From contig CM059432.1 in assembly GCA_030390025.1 (NCBI GenBank), forward strand, positions 151,406,001-151,470,000: a stretch of DNA of 64,000 bases, in the 5' to 3' direction. A model generated the notes under the pieces. It was not told where the DNA came from, made no database searches, and worked only from the letters and a program-made list of their open reading frames with translations. Shown here piece after piece: positions 11,837 through 25,650 of the stretch (within the stretch, counting starts at the first letter, position 1; the number at the start of each line of letters is the position of its first letter). Source of the DNA: Squalus acanthias. Its lineage: Eukaryota. A program made the translations under genes and the position numbers.

Positions 11837-14800
11837 GAGCTACAGCCCCACCTGTGGCAGGAAGATATGATTACAGTGTGACAAGTTTACATAGGTAGTT
11901 TCCATTATTAATATGAACATAGGAAATTATAAAGGAAGGGTTGACAGGAAGTGTGCGCAGACAGAATATTTATTAACATAATATACAGATAGATTGAAAT
12001 TCTGTTCAATTATATACAGTTTCATATACTTACTAGTTGACTCCCACGCCATTGCTCAGTGAAAATTAAAATTTGTGTCTCTTTTTCTGTAACTGTCTGT
12101 TTCTCTCCAACTCTAACTCTGCGTCTTTCTCCTTGTCTTTCACCCTATGACTGTCACACATTTTTTAATGTTCTGTGTGCCTCTGCCTCCAACGCTCTTC
12201 CCCTCTGAGCTGCCTGCTAAGGTTCAACCAATCCTGTCCTTTTAAGGCCACAAAGTCTAATTGCTGAAAATAGGTCCAGCTTGGGCCGAAGAGGCTTTTG
12301 CAGAGCTGGGTTTAGATTAGCAGCTGCCATGTAATCCTCCACTATCAGTTTATCAAAGTCAAATCAAAAACAGCAAAAAAATACCTGTTCATTGGGAGGG
12401 TTCATGGTCTGTTCAGTTGTGATATTTTAAAATTCATTCTCGGGATGTGGGTGTCGCTGGCAAGGCCAGCATTTATCACCCATCACTAGCTGCGCTTGAG
12501 AAGATGGTGGTGGGCCTTCTTCTTGAACCGCTGCAGTCCGTGTGGTGAAGGAACTCCCACAATCCAATTATTGTAAGGAGTTCCAGCACTTTGACCTAGC
12601 AACTATGAAGGAACAGCAATGCATTTTTTTATTCATTCCTGGGATGTGGGCGTCACTGGCAAGGCCAACATTTATTGCCCATCCATAACTGCCATTGAGA
12701 AGGTGGTGAGAAGATCTACCTCAATCCCTGTTGGGCAGTGTTCATCTAAAATGCAGCACCTATGTGTTATAAAACTGTTATCCTCTTTCCCACCTCTTTA
12801 CCTTGTGCTGCTGTAACAATAATTTATATGTTTAAAATGGAGATTGGGTTTCTTCTGCCATTCTCCTACCTTCCACATTCCATAAAGTAACTCATCTACA
12901 GAACCTTGGTCCAACTTCTCATAGTAAGGACCACATCTCCATTATCCTGTCCTTGCTTAGCTCCACTGGCATCCTGATGAATTGACTATCCTTATCCTCA
13001 CCTTCAAAACCCTCATTGGCCTCATCCCTCTCTAACTCTATGTTCCCATTTATCTCTGCCTCCGCTCCATCTCTGCCAGTAAAGACCCTTCGCTTCAACA
13101 TTCCGATTGAGTATCCAGTCCTTTTGGTCCACTGCCCTGCAATGTAATCAGGGATGTCTCTCTTCGTGTGAGGAAAGGTACAGAAATGGAAAGAATTGCT
13201 GGTCTAAGCTGAGTTGCAACTCCTACATTCTAATTAATTTTGATTTGAGTACACATTTTAATACCAGAGATGTGGTTAGTTCTATGATTTTATTTATTTG
13301 ACAAAGTTAAACATTAAATTTACATGAATTTTTTCAGAACATCTGGATTGAACATATTTGACTAGCTCCTTGGGCTTACTCAAGGGGCCAGATTAATTTC
13401 AAATCTATTTGGCAAACAGTTTACCAGTGGTGTTGCTCATGGTGAATGAGAAGTTACATCGTGGCAAGAGTGGGTGTCGCCACCAACAGGGTTTGGAAAC
13501 CATTTTACAAGAGATCTCCCCAGTCAGTGAAGAGCGATTTTTGATTGTTTCCTGGAAACTACAGAGCCAGTTTTCATGTACATGTGTAAATCAGTTCTGA
13601 ATAGTTAAATACTGATGCAAATCTCACTAATAATTTCCTAATTACATTCAATTTTTCAGGATCAGCTAATTTGCATTATTATTCAGTTCCAGGTTGCAGA
13701 TTTGGGTAGGTATGACAAGCAGAAAATTGCATGTATGTGAAATTTAAAGGGATGAAGACAATTAAAGGGAAATAGCAGAATAAGGGACCAAATCTTATAG
13801 CCTTTGGAAAGGCTCAAAAGCCCTCTGACTCTGTTGGTGGCCTTTGCTAGGCTGAAAATGGGAGGGAGCTAATAAATGATAGGCAAGCTTGAAGGGAAAG
13901 GAAATTCAAGGTTCACATACACGGCTGCAGGCAAATGACAGAATAACCCAGGATCTAACTCCATTTGATGGCTGCTAAAGTTGAGTTGGTTTTGCAAAAA
14001 GCAGTTGCAAGAAGGATGCCCCTGTTTGCCATTCCATGGTGTCATCACTGCAGCATGCCTGGAAGGAGTTGGAAGCAGTCTTAAGACCACAGTTGGCTGG
14101 TACTGTCGCTGACTATGGCAGCTCTATAGTGCATGTTAGCAGGAGATGCCTTTGTTGCCTCTAGCTATCTACTAACCCAGACCCTGTGAAGACAGTTCCC
14201 CACAGTTGCTAGGTAGATGCAACAATATCTACAAATATGGTTAGTAGCATCTTGGCAGCATAGTTAATCTAATTATGCTGGTGAATCATCACACTGGCAT
14301 GCCTTTTTTCACAAAGTAACACAAAGCATACATACTATGACTGGTGTTTCTGAAGAGCCATCCAGCATAATGGTTAATCAGGATTCACATATGACGCCTG
14401 GAAATAGGAGGATCCACATACACTGATCAGCTGCCAAATAAGGTATTTGCTTCTCTGTCCACAGATACAGATATGTAGATACCCATGATTGGGCACACTC
14501 CTCTGATGCAGCTTGACATTTTTTTCCATTGGTCTCCTTCTTCCTCCGAAAGCTGACATGGGGGAATCTCAGTAATGGTAATAATGGTGCCAGTGGGTAA
14601 AAAAAATCCACTGAACAAATGGCATAAAGGCTCGAGAACCATCAGGAAAGAAAACACATAAGTGGCCAAAACTGTCCGGAAATGGCCCAAAAACATTTAC
14701 CTTTACATTTCTGTACCCAGTAAAGGAACTTCCAGTAGCAAACAACCTTGGACGTTGAGATGAATATTTACAGTGAGCATCCTGCACACACACGGAATTA

Positions 14801-15702
14801 AGTGCAGGACATCCCTGATTACATTTCGGTATTTAAATTAAGCTCCTGCCCATTTCAGGTGCAAAAATGCTGCCTGCACTGCAAGTCCCCCAGAAATGCA
14901 CATCTGATGCACAAAGGGCACAGACTTGGGAGTTATGTGTACATCACAAATAAATTTGTTCCCTTCACATTCCACACTTACACAAGCATATAAATGTCTG
15001 CATGTAATAAAGGGAAGCAACTCTTTATCTTCATTGTTCATCTGTTTTGATTATGGGTTTTTAATCGTGAGGGTGAAAAAAGATTAAACTACTTAACATT
15101 TTCCTTCTCTACCAAATATCTCTAACAGTGCATATGATTACCAAAGGGTTCTCAGTAAATAAACATTTAAATTCAGCATAACAACAGAAAACGCTGGAAA
15201 AACTCAGGCAGCATCCGTGAAGAGAGAAACAGAGTTAACGTTTCAGGTCGAAGGCCTTTTGTCAGAACTCAGCAATTCAGCAATTTTATTTAGAACCTCC
15301 TTCCAAAGTTGAACAGTAATCCTTCCCAAAACTGGTTGTTTCCATGAACAATTGTTTTTGAATACAAGCAAAGAAATGAGGCTGGAATAACCATTAGAAA
15401 ACCTTACAAAATATAAACCCATTCTGACCTCATTCCATCCAAGTCCTTCCCTACTCACCGATGATCTTCTTCAGTTATCTGCCTCTGCGTTCAACTCTTA
15501 CTATAAGTGCCAGCTTCTTTATGCAGAAGATCAAGTAGTAATAACACTTTTACTTTCAAAATTACCTCAGAAAAAGTTGAAGCGTTTATGATTTTGTTTG
15601 CTCTCTAATATTTTACACAAAAAAAAATCTGGTTACTCAACCTCGCCATCTCCCATAGCATCTCTACTCCCAATGTCTCTATAAGAAAGAATTGCATTTA
15701 TA

Positions 15703-16700
15703 TAGAATCATGGAGGTTTACAGCACAGAAGGAGGCCATTTGGCCCATTGTGTCTGTGCCGGCCGAAAAAGAGCTATCCAGCCTAATCCCACTTTCCAGC
15801 TCTTTGTCCGTAGACCTGTAGGTTACGGCACTTCAAGTACATATCCAAGTACTCTTTAAATGTGGTGAGGGTTTCGGCCTCTACCACCCTTTCAGGCAGT
15901 GAGTTCCAGACCCCCACCACCCTCTGGGTAAAAAAAATTCTCAACTCCCCTCTAATTCTTCTACCAATTACTTTAAATTCCCTGCCACCTGGTTATTGAC
16001 CTCTCTGCTAAGGGAAATAGTTCCTTCCTATCCACTCTATCTCAGCCCCTCATAATTTTATACACCTCAATTAAATCTCCCCTCAGCCTCCTCTGTTCCA
16101 AAGAAAACAGACCTAGCCTATCCAATCTTTCCTCATAGCTAAAATTCCCCAGCCCAGGCAACATCCTCGTAAATCTCCTCTGCACCCTCTCTAGTGCAAT
16201 CACATCTTTCCTGTAATGTGGTGACCAGAACTGTACGCGGTAATCTAGCTGTGGCCTAACTAATGTTTTATACAGTTCAAGCATAACCTCCCTGCTCTTA
16301 TATTCCATGCCTCAGCTAATGAAGGAAAGTATCATGTATGCCTTCTTAACCACCTTATCCACCTGTCCTGCTACCTTCAGGGATCTGTGGACATGCACTC
16401 CAAGGACCCTCTATTCCTCTATACTTCTCAGTATTCTACCATTTAATGTGTATTCCTTGCCTTGTTGGCCCTCCCCAAATGCATTACCTCACACTTCTCT
16501 GCATTGAATTCCATTTGCCACTTTTTTGCCTCCCTGACCAGTCCATTGATATCTTCCTGCAGTCTACAGCTTTCTTCCTCACTCTCAACCACACGGCCAA
16601 TTTTTGTATCATCTGCAAACTTCTTAATCATGCCCCCTACATGGAAGTCTAAATCATTGATATATACCATGAAAAGCAAGGGACCTAAGTACTGAGCCCT
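15703..16700 (-). mobile_element. CR1 LINE 3' fragment inserted into a SINE tail
   Basis: KFADDTKI, RPQLDYRVQFWSP and RRLRGDLIEVYKI; flanked by two halves of a SacSINE1-type tail (about 15682-15704 and 16700-16780). Confidence 0.93.
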
Positions 16701-17150
16701 TTCACGACCTCAGGACATCCCAAAGCACTTTACAGCCAATGAAGTACATTTTATGTGTAGTCACTGTTGTAATGTCGGAAATAATGTATTACAAACAAAA
16801 TGGTTTCCAACCACTTCCCTGTATCCCTCACCACCCACATCCCTCTAGCCCAGTCCAGTCCCACTTCTGTGTCAATCCCTGGAAAAAAAACTGGCACTTT
16901 TTACATCTCTTTTCCCCTCCATTCACCACAATACTTCTGCAGGCATTGATCTATTTAACCGCTCCCTCACACCCACCTTTGATGCCTTTGTCCCCAGCAA
17001 AGCCTTTATTCTCATCCACCCTGGTAAGGCTCCCCGTCTTCACTACCACAAGTCCAAGGGACACAGACTTCAGTGTATCTGATGCACAACTTGTTTAGTC
17101 CTCCATCACCAGATCTGGCTGGACCACTTCATGTCAAAACCATACATTAA

Positions 17151-17477
17151 CACGGTGGCATAGTGGTTAGCACTGGTGCCTCACAGCGCCAGAGACCCGG
17201 GTTCGAATCTGGTCCTCGGGTGACTGTCTGTGTGGAGTTTGCACATTCTCCCCGTGTCTGCGTGGGTTTCCTCCGGGTGCTCCGGTTTCCTCCCACAGTC
17301 CAAAAATGTGCGGGTTAGGTTGATTTGGCTATGATAAATTGACCCTTAGTGTTAGGGGGGGATTAAATATGTGGGGTTACGGGGATAGGATGGGATATGT
17401 TAGGGGGAATTAAATACGTGGGGTTACGGGGATAGGGTGGGATATGTGTCGATGCAGGCTCGATGGGGATTCTGTGT
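17151..17477 (+). mobile_element. HE1-type V-SINE
   Basis: tRNA-like head followed by the V-domain TGTGTGGAGTTTGCACATTCTCCCCGTGTCTGCGTGGGTTTCCTCCGGGTGCTCCGGTTTCCTCCCACA. Confidence 0.9.
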
Positions 17478-17591
17478 GAGAAAGCAGGGACAGGGTACTG
17501 GATTTGGATGATCAGCCATGATCGTATTGAATGGTGGAGCAGGCTCGACGGGCCGAATGGCCTACTCCTGCTCCTAGTTTCTATGTTTCTA

Positions 17592-20500
17592 TTATTTCAA
17601 CATCTTCCTGGACAGCAAAAATAACCCTGACATATTTTCCACTAACAACGATCTCCTTAAACTACTCTCCCCTGCTTCTTCCACGCTCACCTCCAACAAC
17701 AAATGTGAGGATTTCATGGTCTTCTTTATCACCAAGATGAGATCATCTGTTCAGCTGCCTCTTTGGCTTCCCTTCCTTCCCCTTGCCCACCAAGCCAACC
17801 CACTCCCCCACCCCCCACCACCCTAGCTATGTCAGAGCTTCTCCATTGTCTCTCATCTCCCCTCCCCATACCCTCTTCAGGCTCATATTGTCCATGAGAT
17901 CCACCTCCTACTCCCTTGATCTCATTGCTGCTAAACTGCTAACCACCCAACTTTCCTTCTTGGCCCCAATGCTAGCTAATGTTGTAAATGGTTTTGCTCT
18001 CCTCAGGTACTGGTCCCTCCATTTTCAAAACCATCATCACAGCCTCCTTAAAAAACCCCACCCTTGACCCGTCATTGCAAACTACCGTCCGATCGCCAAC
18101 CTTTCCTGTATTGTTTGCTCTCAAATCCGGGGCAATTTTTCCAGCAATTCCACGTTCAAATCTCTCCAAACAGGTTTCCGTCCTTGCTACAGCACTGAAA
18201 CAGAGCTGAGCAAAGTCACAACTGACATCCACTGTGACTGCGACCATCGACCACATCATTCTCCTCCAACACCTTTTCTCTGTTGTCCAGCTCAGTGGGA
18301 TCCCCCTCCTTTGGTTCAATCTTTATCTATCTGATCATAACCAGAGAATCTGTAACAATTGCTTATCTTCCCACCCCTTTACTGTTACCTCCGGAGTCTC
18401 CCAAGGATCTATCCTTGGCTCCCTCCTCTTCCACATGCTGCCCTTGGTGACATCTTGCACACATATATGCTGATAACACCCAACTCTACCACCTCTCTCT
18501 ATCCCCTCCACTACCTCTGTGCTGTCAGACTGCTTGTTCGATATAGTTACGGATGAGTCATAATTTCCCCCAAAAAGAGTGGGAAAAATCAAAGCCATTG
18601 TCTATGGGCCCTACCATAAACTCCTTACTGCCACCATCAAATCCACTGAAAGCCTCGTCCATGCCTTTGTCACCTCAGACTCGACTACTCCAATGCGCTC
18701 CTGGCTGGCCCCCCATTCTCCAGGAGATCCAGGAGCTAATAAGCCACAAGCGCAAGGCATTCCTGATCTGGAAACAGCAACAGAACTCGAGAGCAAGAAA
18801 GCAGCTCTACAGACGCCTGAAGGCCGAGGTCCAACAAAAAACTCGCGACCTAAAGAACAGATGGTGGGTGGAGAAAGCGCAGGAGATCCAGCAGCTAGCC
18901 GACAACCACGACGTGCGTGGATTCTTTAGCGCAGTCAAGACTATCTACGGCCCAAGCACCCAAGGTCCTACCCCACTGCGGGCCAAGAACGGAGAGGTAC
19001 TCATCAAGAACAGAGAGGCAGTCAGTACCCGCTGGAAGGAGCACTTCAAAGATCTCCTTAACCGCGACTCTGTCTTCGACGCGAGTGTCCTCAACATCCC
19101 GCAGCATGCTACCCGCCACCACCTCACCACAACCCCAGCCCGGCATGAGGTTGAAAAGGCCATTCGACAACTGAAGAACAACAAGGCCTCAGGAGCAGAT
19201 GGAATCCCTGCCGAGGCACTAAAGCATGGCGGAGAAGCACTACTGGCGTGAATTCATGAACTAATTTCTCTTATCTGGAAGGAGGAGAGCATGCCAGGGG
19301 ATCTCAGAGAAGCAGTAATTGTGACCATCTTCAAGAAAGGTGACAAGTCCGATTGCGGTAATTACAGAGGAGTTTCCCTGCTGTCTGCCACAGGGAAAGT
19401 CATCGCAAGAATCCTCCTCAATCGCCTTCTCCCAGTGGCCGAAAAGCTCCTCCCAGAGTCGCAATGCGGATTCTGCCCACTAAGGGACACAATGGACATG
19501 ATCTTCACCGCACGTCAATTACAAGAGAAATGCAGGGAACAGCACCAACCGCTGTACATGGCCTTCTTTGATCTCACAAAGGCCTTCAACACCGTCAACT
19601 GTGAGGGATTATGGAGTGTCCTCCGCAAATTCGGCTGCCTTCACCATCCTCCGCCTGCTTCACGACGACATGCAAGCCGTGATCCTGACCAACGGTTCCA
19701 CCACAGACCCAATTCACGTACGAACCAGAGTCAAGCAAGGCTGTGTCATCGCACCAACGCTCTTCTCGATCTTCCTTGCTGCAATGCTCCATCTCACCCT
19801 CAGTAAGCTCCCCACTGGAGTGGAGTTAATTTACAGAACAAACGGGAAACTAGTCAACCTCCGTCACCTCCAGTCCAGATCCAAGGTCGTCCCTTCCTCT
19901 GTCGTCGAATTACAGTATGCAGACGACGCTTGCGTCTGTGCTCACTCGGAGGTCGAACTCCAAACCATCGTCAACACCTTCACCGAAGCGTACGAGAGCA
20001 TGGGCCTTACACTAAACATCCGTAAGACAAAGGTCCTCTACTAACCTGCCCCCGCCACACAGTACTGCCCCCCGATTATCAAAATCCATGACAAGGCCTT
20101 GGACAACGTGGACCACTTTCCATACCTCGGGAGCCTACTGTCAACAAGGGCAGACGTCGACGACAAAGTCCAACACCGCCTTCAGTGTGCCAGTGCAGCC
20201 TTCGGTCGCCTGAGGAAGAGAGTGTTTGAAGACCAGGACCTCAAACCCGGCACTAAGCTCATGGTCTACAGACCAGCAGTGATACCCGCCCTCCTGTATA
20301 CCTCAGAGACATGGACCATGTACAGCAGGCACCTCAAAGCACTGGAGAGGTACCACCAACGCTGCCTCCGCAAGATCCTGCAAATCCATTGGCATAATAG
20401 GCGCACCAACGTCAGTGTTCTTGCTCAGGCCAACATCCCCAGCATCGAAGCTTTGACCACGCTCGATCAGCTCCGATGGACGGGTCAGATTGTCCGCATG

Positions 20501-21392
20501 CCCGATACGAGACTCCCAAAACAAGCGCTCTACTCCGAGCTCCGGCACGGCAAGAGAGCCCCAGGTGGGCAGAGAAAACACTTCAAGGACACCCTCAAAG
20601 CCTCCTTGAAAAAGTGCAACATCCCCACTGACACCTGGGAATCCCTGGCCCAAGACCGCACAAAGTGGAGGAGAAGCATCTGGGAAGGCGCCGAACACCT
20701 CGAGTCTCTTCGCCGGGAGCAAGCGGAAGCCAAGCGCAGGCAGCGGAAGAAGCGCACGTCAACCCAAGCATCCCACCCACCCGCCCCTTCAACCACCGTC
20801 TGCCCCACCTGTGACAGAGACTGTAGGTCCCGCATTGGACTCATCAGTCACCTGAGAACTCATTTTTAATGTGGAAGCAAGTCATCCTCGGTTCCGAGGG
20901 ACTGCCTAAGAAGAAGAAGATTCTCCATAAACTTCAGCTCATCCAAAACTCTGCTGCCTGGATCCAATCTTGCACCAAGTCCCGGTCACCCATCACTCTT
21001 GGCCTTGCTAGCTAATGTCCCAAATTTAAAAGTATCATTGTGTTTAAATCCATACATGGCCTTGCCTCTCGTTATCTCTGTAACTTTCTTAGGCGCTACA
21101 ACCTCACCCTACCCCAAAACTCTATTTTTTTTGAGCATTCCCCTCCCTTCGCTCCACCATTGGTGGCTATGCTTTCAGCAGTTTAGTCCAAACGTTCGGG
21201 AATTCCTTCCCTAAACTCCTCCATCTCTTCCTTTAAGAACTTCCTTAAAACCCAAATCTTTGACCAAGCTTTTGGTGACCCCTAATATATCTCCTTCTGT
21301 CTCAGCCTACATTTCTATCTGATTACACCTCTGTGAAGCGCCTTGGGACATTTTTCGACATTACAGGTGCTATATAAATGCACGTTATTGTT
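17592..21392 (+). mobile_element. Degraded L2-clade LINE, split by an RTE insertion
   Basis: Degraded RT segments (LKKP-LDP, SGVSQGSILGSLLF, LVHAFVTS-LDYSNALLAG) resume after 20920; tail GTGCTATATAAATGCA is shared with the SacSINE1-type SINEs. Confidence 0.8.
18723..20919 (+). mobile_element. RTE-clade LINE, 5'-truncated, with 8-bp target-site duplication
   Basis: KASGADGIPAE, CGNYRGVSLLS, FFDLTKAF, VKQGCVIAPTLF, LQYADD and a C-terminal CPTC...HLRTH zinc finger; (AAG)n tail; TSD ATTCTCCA at 18715-18722 and 20920-20927. Confidence 0.95.
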
Positions 21393-21900
21393 CTTAAAAC
21401 CGTTTTTACTGGAGGTCTTCATTCACAGTAATTTTTCATTCGAGGGGACAGGGCTTACAAACAGCAAGTCCTGGCACACTCCAGGGATGGGCAGTTCTGT
21501 TAATCATAAACATTTCTACAAGTTCTCCACATTTAGGCGCAAATCGTCAATGGAAATCAGACATTTCAAACACAAAACGCGAGGTTAGTTTAATTTTTGC
21601 TTGAAAAATAACAATTCACGTACAACCCTTATTTCCAAGTAAAGGTCTTTAGCTTGTAGGATAGTGCGCAACAGGTTAGCAGCTTAATATACGTAAAGGA
21701 TATCATGGGATAGTTAGTATAGAGGGTTACAGTAAAGGAGGCAGTGTAGTAACCACAGGTGGAAATTGGGCATGATTCGGCAGAAGGTTCAGAACATCTG
21801 TTGAGAAATAGCTCAACAATACAGAAGTCAGTACTAATATAGGCTAACACTTGGTTTAGATTAGGTTGATGGGATTTTGCAAGTCAAAGCAAGACAGAAT

Positions 21901-22794
21901 GGGGTAAAAATTCACTTGGTTGCACCTCCCGTTAGCGCCTTAAGAGGGCGCTAATGGGGCGTTAAGCCGCTAACGCCCGGGCGCAGTGCTGTTTGCGCCG
22001 CTCGAGAACTTAACTTGAGATTGTGCGGCGGCGCTAAAACTTACCGCTGCGACCACCTGCGCGCGCAGATTGTGACGTCATTCCATGGTGCAACGCCCTT
22101 GGGGCGCCCCGTAGCGGAAATTGAGTGGCGCCCCCTGCCTTACCGCCTGGCGCTTCCAACGACCGGAAGACTGGAACGTTATCAATCGCTGTGGGGCTGG
22201 GGGGGGGCGCTATTTAAAGGGGGCCTCTTCCTGTCTTTTATTGTTGGTGGCATTTTTGAACTACGCATTCTGAGAGAGAGAGGGAGAGACTTCTGGAGAG
22301 ATTCAACGTTGTGTGAAGGAGTTTTGGGTACTGAGCAGCACTTTGCAGGTTCATTTTGATTTGCCATTCCTTGTATCGATTTAGCAGAGACTGTGGGAGC
22401 TGCACTCTGAGCTCTTTGCCTGGTACTCTCCATTGTTCTTTCCAGCATATTTGATGTGCAAGTCTCTCCAGGCCGAGATTCAAGGCTGCAATGAACAGGA
22501 TGTGGATGGAAAGCAAGATTAACCATCCCCTTTAAGAACTGGCCCGTGCCATTGTGTGTGTGTTCCATTGCTGACTGACATTACATGAGCTTCGCCAGCG
22601 CTCCGAGTTAGCGCCTCACTGCTCGGCCTTTGCGCCTTAAGAGAGGTGTGCAGCGCCTGCTTTAGCGCTCCACTCACCTCCCGGGGCGGTAAAAGTGAAG
22701 TTTCCTGTCAGTGCCGATAATTAGCGCCAGACGCTAATATTTGCGTCCAGACGATATTTGCGCCCCAAATGGGGCGCGACCTAATTTCTACCCC
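21901..22794. mobile_element. Non-autonomous Harbinger-type element (MITE)
   Basis: TIRs GGGGTAAAAATT and AATTTCTACCCC; 3-bp TSD AAT (21898-21900, 22795-22797); repeated TAGCGCC subterminal motifs. Confidence 0.88.
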
Positions 22795-23552
22795 AATGTG
22801 TTCTAAAGTTTAAGGCAATTTAAGAAGAAAGTAGCTTTCAGCAAAGGATCTGTGTAACAAATTATGACATAGTTTGGGGACAGCATGTCAGGGTTAAATT
22901 ACTGATATCCTGGGAAAAAGTGTGAGTGTTTACAGTCCCAAAGTTATCTTATCTTCTCCTGATAAGAGAGGGGACCACCAACATTCCAGCCAGAATGATA
23001 TGTGGCGCAACATTGCCACCTACTGATGCAGTAACATATGCCACATAAGGATCACCTGACAATAATCGCAGAATCGATAGGTTCAGAGCAAGTCACTTGA
23101 TGTTGCTTAGGAACTGAACTGCCCCTCAACATGTATAAATATGGACCAATTTCAGTCGTTCTTTGGTATTCAATGCTGAGATCTAACCTGGATTGGAGTT
23201 CTCTCAAGAGCCCAATGGGTATCCTACTTGTGGTATACAGACGCATAAACTTGTTTGTACTTTCTGTCGCTATTCAATAAACCAACAATTTAACTCTGCC
23301 ATCTGAACCTATATAATTTAAATTGACCTACTTGATCAATCCAACACAGCTCAGCGAATCCAAGTGGATGAAAAATTGCCCCAAAAAATTTGGAGCACGT
23401 TAATGAGACACACCATTATTAATGTGCAAATCGTCCAGCAAATTCAGGGGATTAAGAAATAGACCATGAGCTGCGTATCTCCAGAACCTTGCACAAACAA
23501 TGTGCCAGAACTTGCTGTAGCAGGGCATCTAACGGCCTCCTTCAGCTCAAAG

Positions 23553-24413
23553 TGTAACTAGCAGGGTAGATAAAGGGGAACCAGTAGATGTAGTATATTT
23601 GGATTTCCAAAAGGCATTCGATAAGGGGCCACATAAAAGGTTATTACACAAGATTAGGGCTCATGGAGTTGGGGGTAATATAGTAGCATGGATAGAGGAT
23701 TGGTTAACGGACAGAAAAGAGAGAGTAGAGATAAACGGATCTTTTTCAGGTTGGCAGGCTGTAACTAGTGGGGTGCCACAAGGATCAGTGTTGGGGCCTC
23801 AGCTATTTACAATCTATATTAATGACCTAGATGAAGGGACCGAGTGTAATGTATCCAGGTTTGCTGATGATACAAAGCTAGGTGGGACAGTAAGCCATGA
23901 GGAGAACACAAAGTCTGCAAAGGGATATAGGTAGACTAAGTGAGTGGGCAGTAAGGTGGAAGATGGAGTATAATGTAGGGAAATGTGAGGTTATTCACTT
24001 TGGTAGGAAGAATAGAAAAACAAAATATTTTTTAAATGGTGAGAAACTTTCAAATGTTGGTGTTCAGAGAGATTTGGGTGTCCTCGTGCAAGAAACACAG
24101 AAAGCTAGCATGCAGGTACAGCAAGCAATAAGGAAGGCAAATGACATGTTGGCCTTTATTGCAAGGGGGGTTGGAGTATCAGAGTAAGGAAGTCTTGCTA
24201 TAATTGTACAGGGCCTTGGTGAGACCACACCTGGAGTACTGTGCACAGTTTTGGTCTCCTTATCTAAGGAAGGATATACTTGCCTTGGAGGCTGTGCAAC
24301 AAAGGTTCACTGTATTGATTCCTGATATGAGAGGGCTGTCCTATGATGAGAGATTGTGTAGAATGGGCCTATACTCTGGAGTTTAGAAGAATGAGAGGTG
24401 ATCTCATTGATAC
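23553..24413 (+). mobile_element. CR1 ORF2 fragment, interrupted by the LTR element
   Basis: [22 protein letters not shown] and RFADDTKL; breaks off after RMRGDLI at the LTR's TG. Confidence 0.93.
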
Positions 24414-25031
24414 TGTAGGGGTGTGAAAGAGTTTATTTGAACTCACGTTAAATTAAAATAATAATTTCTCATTTTCTGTATGAAACCGAAGAGAGCCAGG
24501 TAGGAGATAAGGCCTGGTTGAGCGTTGTGATACTTAGCAACAATCAAGGTCATAAACACAATGGAAGACTGTAAAAACCCAGACACAGGGCCTCCAACAG
24601 ACTGCATATACACGTCATTAATGCTTTAGTTTGTAACTGACAAAGATTAGAGTAATGGTTTAGTTTGCAACATAATTATTTGGTATAACGAATTAATGGT
24701 TTAGTTTGCAACATAATTATTTAGTTTGAATTAAAATATAACGAATTAATGATTTAGCTTGAACTGACATAAATTGTTTAGAATATAACGAATTAATTGT
24801 AAGCTGTTTAAGTTTGAAATGGACATACTTGTAATCATGTGATATTTTGTAACTATGTGATTGGACAACTCTTCAATAAAAGGTTGTCATTGACAACGAG
24901 AGGTCGAGAAGTTGAAGTCATCAGACCGAGCAAGGTTCTGTGACACTTCTCCCAGGGATCTCTGAATATTAAATAAACTGTTTCTTGCTTTACCTATAAA
25001 CAGACTGGAGTGAAATAATTTCTCCCTAACA
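24414..25031 (+). mobile_element. 5' LTR (TG...CA, about 618 bp)
   Basis: Starts TGTAGGGG at the CR1 break and ends CCCTAACA 2 nt before the PBS; has internal tandem duplications (about 24620-24800) and AATAAA motifs. Confidence 0.85.
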
Positions 25032-25033
25032 AT

Positions 25034-25051
25034 TGGCGTAGTCGGCAGGAT
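25034..25051 (+). promoter_or_regulatory. Primer-binding site, tRNA-Ser
   Basis: TGGCGTAGTCGGCAGGAT is the exact complement of the vertebrate tRNA-Ser 3' end (ATCCTGCCGACTACG+CCA). Confidence 0.92.
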
Positions 25052-25650
25052 ACTTCGGAGCTGAAAGACCGCCTGTACCAGTGAACAGGGTGAGTAGTCA
25101 AATCTTTGACCACCCAGAAATTGGGTCACTTGGCAGGGCGGTGTGAAGGCAACCGCAGTATTTAACGAATTTGGTGTCTGTGACGGGTAAGAAACAGTTT
25201 ATTAAAACCTAGGTAGCGCATAAGGTGTTTGTAATATTGAAATAATAAGGTTAACCAAACGTATTAATAGTAGTTAAGATATTTGAAGCCTGATGTGTTA
25301 TTTCGGACTATAAATGTCTCGTGGACCCATACTGAGCCGAAATTAAGAGGGCGATTGGGCCCCACGTGACGGCCAGAGTTAGTTGGGAATCCGAGACAGA
25401 CAAAAGAATCTGTAAGACCTCTCTGATGTGTTGCGTTGCGGGATCTGTTGGATTGTATGACGTGTTGTGATAATGTATTAATGGCTACATGTGAAAGGGG
25501 CCAAGTGGCTGCCCAAAACTCACCTCTGTGAGCAAGATTGTTCCAAGTCGGGGCCGCCAACATACTTATGGTGGATGATAGGCAGACCTCTGAAAATGAG
25601 TTACTAGTCGTGGCCGGAGAGCGGTAAGCTAGTAACGATATTAATACATT

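Noticed and set aside
14340..15050. Possible exon or pseudogene (several overlapping minus-strand ORFs)
   Set aside because: No frame gives a protein I recognise and all contain stops; needs BLASTX.
17151..17225. tRNA genes at SINE heads (also 1160-1239, 34187 and 58849)
   Set aside because: The A/B boxes run directly into SINE bodies, and I could not identify a complete cloverleaf.
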